A DNA stretch of 32,000 bases from Pseudomonas aeruginosa (GCF_001457615.1 NZ_LN831024.1:4410001-4442000), one strand, 5' to 3'. Positions 1 to 9,490 are shown, counted from the stretch's first letter. Made by a program: numbers and translations. The notes: generated by a model from the sequence alone, not told the origin.

Positions 1-353
1 GCCAGGCGACGCACTTCCTCTTCCCGGCCCTGGCGCTCGCTGGCCCAACGTGCCTCCGCCTGGGACGCCCGTTGCCGCTCCTCCCCCATCAACTCGGCTT
101 CCCGACGCAGCGCGGCGACCTCGCCGGAGAGCCTGGCATGGCGCTCGCCGAGTTGCTGGTAAGCCTCCCTACTGGTCTCCAACTGCGCATTCAGCCCGTC
201 CTGGGCCAGTTGCGCGGTCGCCAGTCGCTCGCCGAGCAACGCCATCTCGCGCTCCGCCAGGCTGGCCCTTCTCTGTAGCTGCCATGCCAGGCCGGCCAGG
301 GGAATCGCGGCAGCCAGCAGGCCAAGCAACAGGTTCGGTAGATCGACGGGCAT
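1..353 (-). CDS. rmuC: RmuC-like DNA recombination protein, N-terminal part (truncated by window edge)
   Basis: Open minus-strand frame from ATG at 353 to the window edge: MPVDLPNLLLGLLAAAIPLAGLAWQLQRRASLAEREMALLGERLATAQLAQDGLNAQLETSREAYQQLG..., an N-terminal TM segment followed by a long coiled coil, typical of RmuC. Missing from the ORF track because it runs off the edge. Confidence 0.75.
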   Translation of the reverse strand, partial: MPVDLPNLLLGLLAAAIPLAGLAWQLQRRASLAEREMALLGERLATAQLAQDGLNAQLETSREAYQQLGERHARLSGEVAALRREAELMGEERQRASQAEARWASERQGREEEVRRL

Positions 354-639
354 GGGGCACTCCAGCGGAAAACGACGCAACACCCGCCTGGCAGGCGCGC
401 GTGCAGCGGATTCTAGGTTCTTGGGAAAAGACCGTCGAGCGAATAGCGCCGCGCCGAACGAGCACTCCGCTTCCGAGCTGTGCGTACCCCATGCGCAGGA
501 CACTTCAGATACTTCCATAACGGAAGCCATCGCCCTGCGCCCTTCGCCGCCGGGACATTTCTGCTTCCACGGCATTTTTGTCGCGGCTACAGGGCTTGCC
601 TTGGAGCGTGCGATGTGCTGTCGAGCAAGTGCTTGGGAA

Positions 640-658
640 ATCCACAGATCCTGTGGAT
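640..658. repeat. Perfect 8-bp inverted repeat ATCCACAG-atc-CTGTGGAT; right arm overlaps the DnaA-box consensus TGTGGATAA (652-660)
   Basis: Read directly: aaATCCACAGatcCTGTGGATaa in the intergenic region upstream of rmuC. Confidence 0.8.
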
Positions 659-1007
659 AACCCAGTGGAAAAGCCCCTAAAAAACTGCCGAACCCCCGAT
701 GGAGTGGGGCTATGGGACAGATTGACGATTTTTTCACCAACTATTTTTATCGTTATTTTTCAATAAGTTACGTTTCAAACATGAAAAATCAAGCGTTTAG
801 AGCCTAACGCTCTCAACCCTTGACAAGCTGCTTTCCATTTGTGCACAAATTTTCGCCGAAGCCTCTTGCCGCCCCATTGCAGGGCAATGCCGTTCGAAAT
901 CCTCAGCCACTCTTTCCCTCGGCGCATGCAGGCCAGCCCTGCCCAACCGGCAGGTGGCGGCCTTCAGACGGCGCCCCCGGATCGCTGGCAACCGTGCCCC
1001 CCTCCAC

Positions 1008-1763
1008 TCACGCCGGATGCGGCAACTTTCCGTCCACCAGGAACAGCTCCCAGGAGAAGATTTTCGGCGACCCCGGCACATGCGCCGGCTTGAAGGCCAC
1101 GTAACCGGCCGTGGTTTCGCACAGCCAGGGCGTCAGGTTGCGAGGACGCTTTTCGGTGAAGGCCGCGGGCGTGAACAGGGCGACATTGCAGCCGCGCTCC
1201 GGGCAACGCGCCGAACGGTATTCGAATGCCTGCACCCCGGCGCTGCGCATGGCACTTCCCAGTTCCTGGGGAGCGCGGTAGTCGGCGATGTCGGTCAGCG
1301 CAGCCTCGTGATCGGAGAAAGGCGGCGCCTGCAGACGGATTCCCCGCTCCACCTTCCAGCCCGCCTCGAACGAAGCGTGCTCGGACAGAATCCTCCCGCT
1401 CGGTGGCGGCACCGCCATGCCACTCCACAGGACGCAACGGTAATACGCGCTTTCGGCCATGGCCGTTTCCAGCTTCAACGCGGCGTAGAACAGGCTTGGC
1501 TCGTGGCGACGGCCAAACCGCGACCCCCAGCGCAAGGGCGGATAACGGAACGGGGTCTTCAACAGGTAATGCAATGGCTCGGCATCCGCCGGCACCGGCG
1601 GCTTGCTCGACTCGAGCAGTTCCTCGAGCAACGCCTGTTCTTCCAGGGTGTCGACCAATTGCAGGGTCGCCACCTGCTCCTGGCTCTCCACCAACCGCAC
1701 CAGGCGCCCCTGGAGCGGTCGGATATGCCGCTCACCCTTGCACTGTCGCCAGATCTCGCTCAC
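1008..1763 (-). CDS. RES-domain toxin of a type II toxin-antitoxin system
   Basis: Contains RES-like motifs: FRYPPLRWGSRFGRRHEPSLFYAALKLETAMAESAYYR and YRSARCPERGCNVALFTPAAF. Encoded immediately downstream of an Xre-type antitoxin. The likely start is GTG 1763 (VSEIWRQCKG...); the track ORF extends to ATG 1898, which forms a TGATG junction with the antitoxin stop. Confidence 0.85.
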   Translation of the reverse strand: MSEIWRQCKGERHIRPLQGRLVRLVESQEQVATLQLVDTLEEQALLEELLESSKPPVPADAEPLHYLLKTPFRYPPLRWGSRFGRRHEPSLFYAALKLETAMAESAYYRCVLWSGMAVPPPSGRILSEHASFEAGWKVERGIRLQAPPFSDHEAALTDIADYRAPQELGSAMRSAGVQAFEYRSARCPERGCNVALFTPAAFTEKRPRNLTPWLCETTAGYVAFKPAHVPGSPKIFSWELFLVDGKLPHPA

Positions 1764-1897
1764 CTTCCGCCCCTCGCTTCCTGTGGTGTCGGATGCCAGC
1801 GTAGCGGCACCGCAGTCTCCATTCAGCCAGGCGTGTCGCCTCTGGCTGCCAGCCTTTTCCGTGACAGGCGTAGGCCCCCGTACAGGCGCGCCGGGCA

Positions 1898-2266
1898 TCA
1901 GACCTTGCCGCGGATCGCATCGAGGTATTCCAGCACATGAACCAGGCCCTGCACCTGTCCCATCAGTGCCAGCGGCTCGCCCGCCAGGTGATGGTTGGGA
2001 GTGCGCAGGAAGTGGCGCATGTCCTCCTGCTGCCCGCCGAACAGGGCATACAGTGCGCGATAGACCCGCACCAGCAGCAGAGCCAGCTCGCCGGTCTTGC
2101 TGTCCACCCGCAGGCCCTGGGTCTTCCAGCGGCTGATGGCGCTGCGATCGACGCCGACGATGCCGGCCAGTTCGAGCTGCGTCAGCCCCAATTGCTCGCG
2201 CGCGGCCAGGACGGCCTTGGCCAGGACGGCATCGGCGCTGGGACGTTCCTTGATGAGAGCGCTCAT
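1898..2266 (-). CDS. Xre/MbcA/ParS-type antitoxin (HTH N-terminus)
   Basis: LTQLELAGIVGVDRSAISRWKTQG is a helix-turn-helix; the C-terminal region LVRVYRALYALFGGQQEDMRHFLRTPNHHLAGEPLALMGQVQGLVHVLEYLDAIRG is typical of MbcA/ParS/Xre antitoxins. Strong SD GAGGAGG upstream of ATG 2266. Confidence 0.88.
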   Translation of the reverse strand: MSALIKERPSADAVLAKAVLAAREQLGLTQLELAGIVGVDRSAISRWKTQGLRVDSKTGELALLLVRVYRALYALFGGQQEDMRHFLRTPNHHLAGEPLALMGQVQGLVHVLEYLDAIRGKV

Positions 2267-2280
2267 GACGACCTCCTCAT

Positions 2281-2322
2281 GTGTGTTTACAACAAACTAT
2301 CATCATTTTGCTGAAAACACAC
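2281..2322. promoter_or_regulatory. Inverted repeat GTGTGTTT-N26-AAACACAC in the antitoxin promoter gap; candidate autoregulatory operator
   Basis: Perfect 8-bp arms at 2281-2288 and 2315-2322, in the only non-coding gap (2267-2338) upstream of the TA pair. Confidence 0.5.
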
Positions 2323-2338
2323 CTTGATTCGGTCGAAC

Positions 2339-3655
2339 CTAGAGAACCACGCGCAAGCATTGACCGGCGTGATAGAGAGAAAAACCCATCTCGTAGGCGC
2401 AACTGCGCAGCCTGGCCGCGGGGACGGGCTTCATGTCACTGAACGGCAACGGCAATGTCGCTCGCTCGCCGCTCAGCAGGTAGTCGGCGAACGCCTTGCC
2501 CACTACCGTACCGGTGGTCACGCCGCGTCCGTTGTAGCCGGTCACCGCCAGCAAGCCTTGCGCAGGCTCGAACAGGCGCATCAGATGATCGGGGGTGAAG
2601 GCGATGCAACCCGTCCAGCTGTACTCCCAGTTGACCTGGCCCAGGTCGGGAAAGTAATGGCTCTGGATTCGATCGGCCCATTGCCGCAGGAACCAGGCGG
2701 GCTTGTTCGCGCCATTGCCGAGGCTTCCCAGTAACAGGCGGCCCTGGGCATCGCGACGGATGCTGCTGAGCACCGTCCTGGTGTCCCAGGAACCCTGGCC
2801 GTGAGGCAGGATGCGCTCGGCCGCGGCGCCGTGCAGCGGCGCCGAAGCCACCTGGTAGTAGTAGCCGGGAAAGAAGTGCCGCCTCAGGTTGGTCCACTCG
2901 CCCTCGGTATAGGCGTTGGAGGCGATCACCACCTGTTCCGCCAGTACCGCCCCCGCGCTACTGCGCACCGCCCACAGCGCGCCCTGCCGCTCCAGGGCGA
3001 GCACCGGCGAGCGCTGGTACAGTTGGCCGCCCCGCTGTACGACGGCGGTGGCCAGTCCGCGCGAATAGGCCATGGGATTGAGAGTGCCGGCGCGTCGGTC
3101 GAGCAACGCCGCGCTGATTCGCCGGGTGCCGCAGGCCTCGTGGCAAGCCGCGCCGGTCAGCAACTCCAGCGGAGCGCCGCGGCGCGTCCACTGCGCGTGA
3201 CGGCGTTGCAGATCGGCCACGCCGCTGGCGTTGTGCGACATGTGCAGGGTGCCCTCGCGGCGCAACTGGCAATCGATGCCGAGGCGTTCGATGGTCTCCA
3301 TCACCAGCGCCGGCGCCCGCCCCAGCACGGCGTTGAGCTTTTCTCCCTGCTCGGCGCCGAGGGTGGCGACCACCTCGTCCGGGGGAATCCAGGTGCCGGC
3401 GTTGATCAATCCGACATTACGTCCCGACCCGCCGTGGCCGACCTCGTACGCTTCCAGCACGCACACCGAACGGCCGGCCTCCAGCAGGTGGAGCGCCGCC
3501 GAAAGCCCGGTGAAACCGGCGCCGATCACACATACATCGGCGCGCTGCTCGCCGTTCAGGCTCGCCGCTCCGGACAGGCGAGGCGTAACCACTTCCCACA
3601 GACACCGTTGCTGCAAACCGCCCATGCGCGACTCCGCTGCCAGCCTCATTGCCAT
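2339..3655 (-). CDS. amaA: FAD-dependent oxidoreductase of the DadA/PuuB family, probable L-pipecolate oxidase (PA1028-like)
   Basis: Rossmann motif ADVCVIGAGFTGLSAALHLLEAG and C-terminal TGYNGRGVTTGTVVGKAFADYLL; next to an amaB-like dehydrogenase. The start in the track (3874) overlaps the upstream gene, so ATG 3655 (or 3649) is more plausible. Confidence 0.8.
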   Translation of the reverse strand: MAMRLAAESRMGGLQQRCLWEVVTPRLSGAASLNGEQRADVCVIGAGFTGLSAALHLLEAGRSVCVLEAYEVGHGGSGRNVGLINAGTWIPPDEVVATLGAEQGEKLNAVLGRAPALVMETIERLGIDCQLRREGTLHMSHNASGVADLQRRHAQWTRRGAPLELLTGAACHEACGTRRISAALLDRRAGTLNPMAYSRGLATAVVQRGGQLYQRSPVLALERQGALWAVRSSAGAVLAEQVVIASNAYTEGEWTNLRRHFFPGYYYQVASAPLHGAAAERILPHGQGSWDTRTVLSSIRRDAQGRLLLGSLGNGANKPAWFLRQWADRIQSHYFPDLGQVNWEYSWTGCIAFTPDHLMRLFEPAQGLLAVTGYNGRGVTTGTVVGKAFADYLLSGERATLPLPFSDMKPVPAARLRSCAYEMGFSLYHAGQCLRVVL

Positions 3656-3680
3656 GCGGCGGGAGCCCGCCGCGCCCCGT

Positions 3681-5174
3681 TCAATCGAAGGTGATGCCCT
3701 GTGCCAGCGGCAGCTCGCGGGAATAGTTGACGGTGTTGGTCTGCCGTCGCATGTAGGCCTTCCAGGCGTCCGAGCCGGACTCGCGGCCGCCGCCGGTCTC
3801 TTTCTCGCCGCCGAACGCCCCGCCGATTTCCGCCCCGCTGGTGCCGATGTTGACGTTGGCGATCCCGCAGTCACTGCCCGCCGCGCCCTGGAACAGTTCC
3901 GCCTCGCGCAGGTCGGTGGTGAAGATGCACGACGACAGTCCCTGGGGAACCTCGTTGTTCAGGCGCAGGGCCTCGTCGAAATCGCGGTAGCCGACCACGT
4001 ACAGGATCGGTGCGAAGGTCTCCGTGCGCACCACTTCGGTCTGTCCCGGCATCTCGACGATGGCCGGCGACACGTAGTAGGCATCCGGATAGCGCTCCTG
4101 CAATTGCCGCTCGCCGCCGAACACCCGCCCCCCCTGCTCGCGGGCTCGCGCCAGGGCGTCCTGCATGGCCAGGTAGCTGCGTTCGTCGATCAGCGGCCCG
4201 ACCAGGTTGCCCTCCAGCGGATGACCGATACGGACCCTGGAATAGGCTGCCTTGAGGCGCTCGACTATCTCGTCCTTCACCGACTCATGGGCAATCAACC
4301 GGCGCAAGGTGGTGCAGCGCTGCCCGGCGGTGCCCACCGCGCCGAACAGGATGCCGCGCACCGCCAGGTCGAGGTCTGCGCTTGGCGCCAGGATCATCGC
4401 GTTGTTGCCGCCCAGTTCGAGGATGCAGCGAGCGAAACGCGCCGCCACCCGCGGCGCCACTTCGCGCCCCATGCGAGTGCTGCCGGTGGCGCTGACCAGG
4501 GCGACGCGACGGTCGTCCACCAGCGCTTCGCCGGCCTCGCGGTCGCCGATCAGCAATTGGCTCAGGTGCGCCGGCGCATCGCCGCCGAAGGCCCGCGCGG
4601 CACGCTCGAACAGTGCCTGGCAGGCCAGTGCGGTGAGGGGGGTCTTCTCCGAAGGCTTCCAGACCACGGAATTACCGCAGACCAGCGCCAGCGCGGTATT
4701 CCACGACCACACCGCGACTGGGAAGTTGAACGCGCTGATCACGCCTACCACGCCCAGCGGGTGCCAGGTCTCGCGCATGTGGTGGCCGGGACGCTCGGAT
4801 GCGATGGTAAGACCGTACAACTGGCGCGAGAGGCCCACCGCGAAGTCGCAGATATCGATCATTTCCTGGACTTCGCCGAGGCCTTCCTGGGTGATCTTGC
4901 CCGCCTCCCAGGACACCAGTTCGCCGAGTTCGGCCTTGTGCCGACGCAATTCCTCGCCGAACAGCCGCACCAGTTCACCACGGCGCGGCGCCGGCACCTG
5001 GCGCCAGGCGCGGAACGCCTGTTCGGCGCGCTCGACCTTGGCGGCAACGGCGGCGCGCCCCTCCAGTCGCACCGCAGCCAGGCGACTGCCGTCGATGGGG
5101 GTATGCACGGCAAGCTCGCCATCGCGAAAGGCATTGGGGTCGAGGCCGAGACTGCGCAGCAATCCGTCGATCAT
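3681..5174 (-). CDS. amaB: Aldehyde dehydrogenase, probable piperideine-6-carboxylate/aminoadipate-semialdehyde dehydrogenase (PA1027-like)
   Basis: ALDH motifs LELGGNNAMI and FGAVGTAGQRCTTLRRLIAHES. Start MIDGLLRSLGLDPNAF at 5174 with SD CCAGGAGAAC. Confidence 0.88.
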   Translation of the reverse strand: MIDGLLRSLGLDPNAFRDGELAVHTPIDGSRLAAVRLEGRAAVAAKVERAEQAFRAWRQVPAPRRGELVRLFGEELRRHKAELGELVSWEAGKITQEGLGEVQEMIDICDFAVGLSRQLYGLTIASERPGHHMRETWHPLGVVGVISAFNFPVAVWSWNTALALVCGNSVVWKPSEKTPLTALACQALFERAARAFGGDAPAHLSQLLIGDREAGEALVDDRRVALVSATGSTRMGREVAPRVAARFARCILELGGNNAMILAPSADLDLAVRGILFGAVGTAGQRCTTLRRLIAHESVKDEIVERLKAAYSRVRIGHPLEGNLVGPLIDERSYLAMQDALARAREQGGRVFGGERQLQERYPDAYYVSPAIVEMPGQTEVVRTETFAPILYVVGYRDFDEALRLNNEVPQGLSSCIFTTDLREAELFQGAAGSDCGIANVNIGTSGAEIGGAFGGEKETGGGRESGSDAWKAYMRRQTNTVNYSRELPLAQGITFD

Positions 5175-5348
5175 GTGAGGTTCTCCTGGCTGTTCGTTTC
5201 CGCTCGTTTTAGTCGGTTTGCCCGGTAGCAACAAACGACCTTTATTCGCCACGTCATTCCGAGTTTTCATACTGGCTCCGAGCTGTCGCGATCCGCCGTG
5301 TTTCCCGTACCATGCACGCCTTCGCCGGCCAGCCCCCGCCTACCCGAC

Positions 5349-5825
5349 ATGGACAAGAAAAAGCTGTTGCGCCTGATCACGGAAAAGCTCGCCGCGGACC
5401 TGGAAGTCGCCGTCCGCGCCGCGCAGACCGCCCATGAGACGGCAACCCACGAAGAGAACGTCGCCGAGAACAAGTACGACACCCTCGGCCTGGAAGCGGC
5501 CTACCTGGCCGCCGGGCAGTCGCGCCGGGTCGAGGAGATCCGCCAGGCGCTGGGCCTGTACCGCAACCTGGTGCTGCGCGATTTCGACGAGGAACAGGGC
5601 ATCCAGCTCACCGCGCTGGTCACCCTGCTGAACGCCGACGGCAGCCGGCGAACAGTGTTCCTCGGCCCCGAGGCGGCCGGGCTGAAGATCGATTGCGAAG
5701 GTCGCGAGGTGTTGGTCATCACGCCTCGCTCGCCACTGGGCCAGAGCCTGATCGGCAGGCACCCGGGCGACGAGACCGGGGCGAAGGACTCCCCCCTTGC
5801 GGTGGAAATCCTCGCCGTCGACTGA
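5349..5825 (+). CDS. GreA/GreB-family-like protein (PA1026-like)
   Basis: MDKKKLLRLITEKLAADLEVAVRAAQTAHETATHEENVAENKYDTLGLEAAYLAAGQSRRVEEI... resembles a GreA-type coiled coil; the C-terminal region ...VFLGPEAAGLKIDCEGREVLVITPRSPLGQSLIGRHPGD resembles a GreAB-C/FKBP-like domain. Confidence 0.75.
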   Translation: MDKKKLLRLITEKLAADLEVAVRAAQTAHETATHEENVAENKYDTLGLEAAYLAAGQSRRVEEIRQALGLYRNLVLRDFDEEQGIQLTALVTLLNADGSRRTVFLGPEAAGLKIDCEGREVLVITPRSPLGQSLIGRHPGDETGAKDSPLAVEILAVD

Positions 5826-5827
5826 GG

Positions 5828-6103
5828 CTACTGCTGCGGCGCACCGCAGGCGCCGCAGAACTTCGCGCCCGCCGCGAGATCGGCGCTGCAGGCGATACAG
5901 CGCAGCGGCGCCAGGGCGCCGCCGCAGCCCTGGCAGAATCGTGCCGTCGCCGCATTCGCGGTGCGGCAGGCGCGACAGGCCATTCCCGCCGCGACTGGCG
6001 CCGGCGGATAGCCGCCCTGACCGCGGTGATGACCGCCGCCGTGATGACCACCGCCCTGCCCATGATGACGCCCACCCATCAACAACCGTTCGAAGAACCC
6101 CAT
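5828..6103 (-). CDS. Small double zinc-ribbon protein with Gly/His-rich linker
   Basis: MGFFERLLMGGRHHGQGGGHHGGGHHRGQGG...CRAC..CQGC..CIAC..CGAC: four CxxC knuckles and a His-rich N-terminal region. Confidence 0.75.
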   Translation of the reverse strand: MGFFERLLMGGRHHGQGGGHHGGGHHRGQGGYPPAPVAAGMACRACRTANAATARFCQGCGGALAPLRCIACSADLAAGAKFCGACGAPQQ

Positions 6104-6201
6104 GGCGCAACCCTCTCGTCTGGATCTGACGGCTCCCAGTGAAAAGGCTGTAGCCACTACAGGGTCAATGGCGCGGAAACATCGGGAAACTCAAGTCCGC
6201 T

Positions 6202-7452
6202 TCACCACAGCGGCAACGCGTAGCTGACGATCAGCCGGGTCTCGTCGATGTCGTTGCCGAAATCGCTGCGGAAGGTGCCGTTGCGCAACTTGATCCCCAG
6301 GTTCTTCAGCGGCCCCGATTGCACCAGGTAGGCGATATCGGTGTCCCGCTCCCATTCCTTGCCGCGCCCACCGCCGTCCAGAAGGTCGATGTGTTCGCCA
6401 CGCAGGTAGCGGCTCATGAATGTCAGGCCGGGCAGGCCGATGGCGGCGAAGTCGTAGTCGTAGCGCAACTGCCAGGAGCGCTCGTCCTTGTTGGCGAAAT
6501 CGCCGATCTGCACGAAGTTGACCAGATACGGATCGGTCCCGGCCAGGTAGGCGAAGCCGCTGTCGCCGGACATGCGCTGGTAGCCGAGGCCGAAGGCGTG
6601 GCCACCCAGGCGATAGGTGAACAGCGCATTCAGCGCGCGATTGTCGACGCGGCTGCCGCCCTCGTCGGTGGAACGCGCCCAGCGGATGTCGGACTTCAGC
6701 GACTGGTCATCGGTGAGCGGCAAGAGGTGCTGCACGCCGAGATAATGCTGGCGGTAGAAATCCTCCAGGTTGGCGTAGTGGTAGCTGCTGCTCAGGCGCT
6801 CGCTCCAGCGGTAGGTACCGCCGGCGAAGTCGAAGCGGTCGCTGCCGGGGTGCCGGCCCGCCAGTACGTTGCGCTTGTTGCCGCGGGTGATGCCGAGGTC
6901 TTCGGCGTTGGTCGAGTCGCGCTGCTTGACCTGGCGCAACTGGCCAAACTGCAGCGCCAGCCCGTCGATCTCGTTCACTTCCAGCAGTCCACCCTGGAAG
7001 GTTTGCGGGTGCAGGCGCGTGTCGTTGAACTGCACCACCGGCAGCCTGGGCATCAGGCTGCCGATCTTCAGCGTACTGTGCGAGACCCGTAGCTTGGCGG
7101 TCAGGCCCAGGCTGGAATAGTCGTGGGCGGCGCGCCGGTCGCTCGTCGAATACGGCAACAGACCACTACCGGATCGCTCTGGCGAGGAGTCCAGCCTGAC
7201 GCCCAGCAGGCCCAGCGCATCGATGCCCAGACCGAAGAGCCCCTCGGTGTAGCCGGACTCGTAGCGCAACAGGAAACCCTGCGCCCACTCCTCCGAATAG
7301 GACTGGCTGGCGCCGGGCTGGCGATAGTCGCGATTGAAATAGAAATTGCGCAGTTCGAGGCCGGCCTTGCCGTCGGCGAAAAACTCCGCCTGGGCGAACG
7401 ACGGCAGCAACGCCAGCCCCGCGGCCAGCATCGGAACGGGAAGAATTTTCAT
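6202..7452 (-). CDS. opdD: OprD-family outer membrane porin (PA1025-like)
   Basis: Signal peptide MKILPVPMLAAGLALLPSFAQA; EFFADGKAGLELRNFYFNRDYRQ and C-terminal DETRLIVSYALPLW are hallmarks of OprD-family porins. Confidence 0.85.
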   Translation of the reverse strand: MKILPVPMLAAGLALLPSFAQAEFFADGKAGLELRNFYFNRDYRQPGASQSYSEEWAQGFLLRYESGYTEGLFGLGIDALGLLGVRLDSSPERSGSGLLPYSTSDRRAAHDYSSLGLTAKLRVSHSTLKIGSLMPRLPVVQFNDTRLHPQTFQGGLLEVNEIDGLALQFGQLRQVKQRDSTNAEDLGITRGNKRNVLAGRHPGSDRFDFAGGTYRWSERLSSSYHYANLEDFYRQHYLGVQHLLPLTDDQSLKSDIRWARSTDEGGSRVDNRALNALFTYRLGGHAFGLGYQRMSGDSGFAYLAGTDPYLVNFVQIGDFANKDERSWQLRYDYDFAAIGLPGLTFMSRYLRGEHIDLLDGGGRGKEWERDTDIAYLVQSGPLKNLGIKLRNGTFRSDFGNDIDETRLIVSYALPLW

Positions 7453-7530
7453 TGTTGTTGTCTCTTCGTCGTCAGTGGATAGACACGGCGCCGCGGCCAC
7501 TCCCTGCCGCGACCGCCGTGGCGGAGCGGA

Positions 7531-8532
<1,002 letters not shown>

Positions 8533-9450
8533 TCAGATCGGGTCCCAGGAGAACACGTCCGGGCTGCGCGCCAGGTCCATGAAGCTGCCGCGCAACGCCG
8601 GCATGCCGTGCTCGGCGATGCTCTGCGGGGTCCAGCCGTGCTCGCTATGCACACTGCGCAGCGGCCGGCTCTGGCTCATCAGGAAGAGTTCGTGGTGACG
8701 CGCGGCGAACACCTGGCCGGTGACCTCGCGGGCGGCGTCGGACGCCAGGTAGACGGCCAGCGGCGCGTTCTTCTCGGGGGTCATGCGCTGCAGCTTGTCG
8801 ACGCGGGCCTTCTGCTCCGGGGTTGCGGCCGGGATCGAGTCGGTCATCCGGCTCCAGGCGAACGGCGCGATGCAATTCGAACGCACGTTGTAGCGCTGCA
8901 TGTCGAGGGCGATGGATTTGCTCAAGGCGACGATGCCCAGCTTGGCCGCGGAATAATTGGCCTGGCCGAAGTTGCCGATCAGCCCGGAAGTGCTGGTCAT
9001 GTGTACGAAGGCGCCGGCCTGCTGGGTACGGAAGCGTTCGGCGGCGGCCCGGCTGACGAAGAAGCTGCCGTTGAGATGGACATTGATCACCGACAGCCAG
9101 TCGTCGGCGCTCATCTTGTGGAAGATCGCATCGCGCAGGATGCCAGCGTTGTTCACCACGATATCCAGACGCCCGAAACCGTCCATGGCGCATTCGACGA
9201 TACGCCGCGCGCTGTCCCAGTCGGCGACGCTGTCGGTGTTGATCAGACCTTCGCCGCCTCGCTGGCGGATCAGGCCAAGGGTCTCTTCGGCCGGCGAGGC
9301 CGACCCGCCCTCGCCCTGTAGCGATACGCCGATATCGTTGATCACCACCCGTGCCCCGGAATCGGCCAGGGCCAGGGCGATCTCGCGGCCGATGCCGCCG
9401 CCCGCGCCGGTAACGATCGCGACCTTGCCTTCATTGAGTCTGCTGCTCAT
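8533..9450 (-). CDS. Short-chain dehydrogenase/reductase, similar to the SDR domain of MFE-2/ChsB1-type beta-oxidation enzymes
   Basis: VAIVTGAGGGIGREIALALADSGARVVINDIG, NNAGILRD, YSAAKLGIVALSK. Confidence 0.88.
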   Translation of the reverse strand: MSSRLNEGKVAIVTGAGGGIGREIALALADSGARVVINDIGVSLQGEGGSASPAEETLGLIRQRGGEGLINTDSVADWDSARRIVECAMDGFGRLDIVVNNAGILRDAIFHKMSADDWLSVINVHLNGSFFVSRAAAERFRTQQAGAFVHMTSTSGLIGNFGQANYSAAKLGIVALSKSIALDMQRYNVRSNCIAPFAWSRMTDSIPAATPEQKARVDKLQRMTPEKNAPLAVYLASDAAREVTGQVFAARHHELFLMSQSRPLRSVHSEHGWTPQSIAEHGMPALRGSFMDLARSPDVFSWDPI

Positions 9451-9490
9451 GGGTAATCCTCTTCGTCCCGTGGATGTCGTTCGGTTGCGC

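Noticed and set aside
50-680. Several overlapping small plus-strand ORFs (156, 102, 66 and 68 aa) and a 107-aa minus-strand ORF near the window start
   Set aside because: Overlap the truncated rmuC reading frame or lie in the gap with Pro/Arg-rich translations and no SD; not convincing.
954-1940. 328-aa plus-strand ORF antisense to the RES toxin
   Set aside because: No recognisable domain; opposite a clear RES/Xre pair.
3231-5228. 665-aa plus-strand ORF antisense to amaB and part of amaA
   Set aside because: Typical GC-skew shadow ORF: low-complexity Arg/Gly/His-rich translation with no recognisable domain, opposite a well-supported gene pair.
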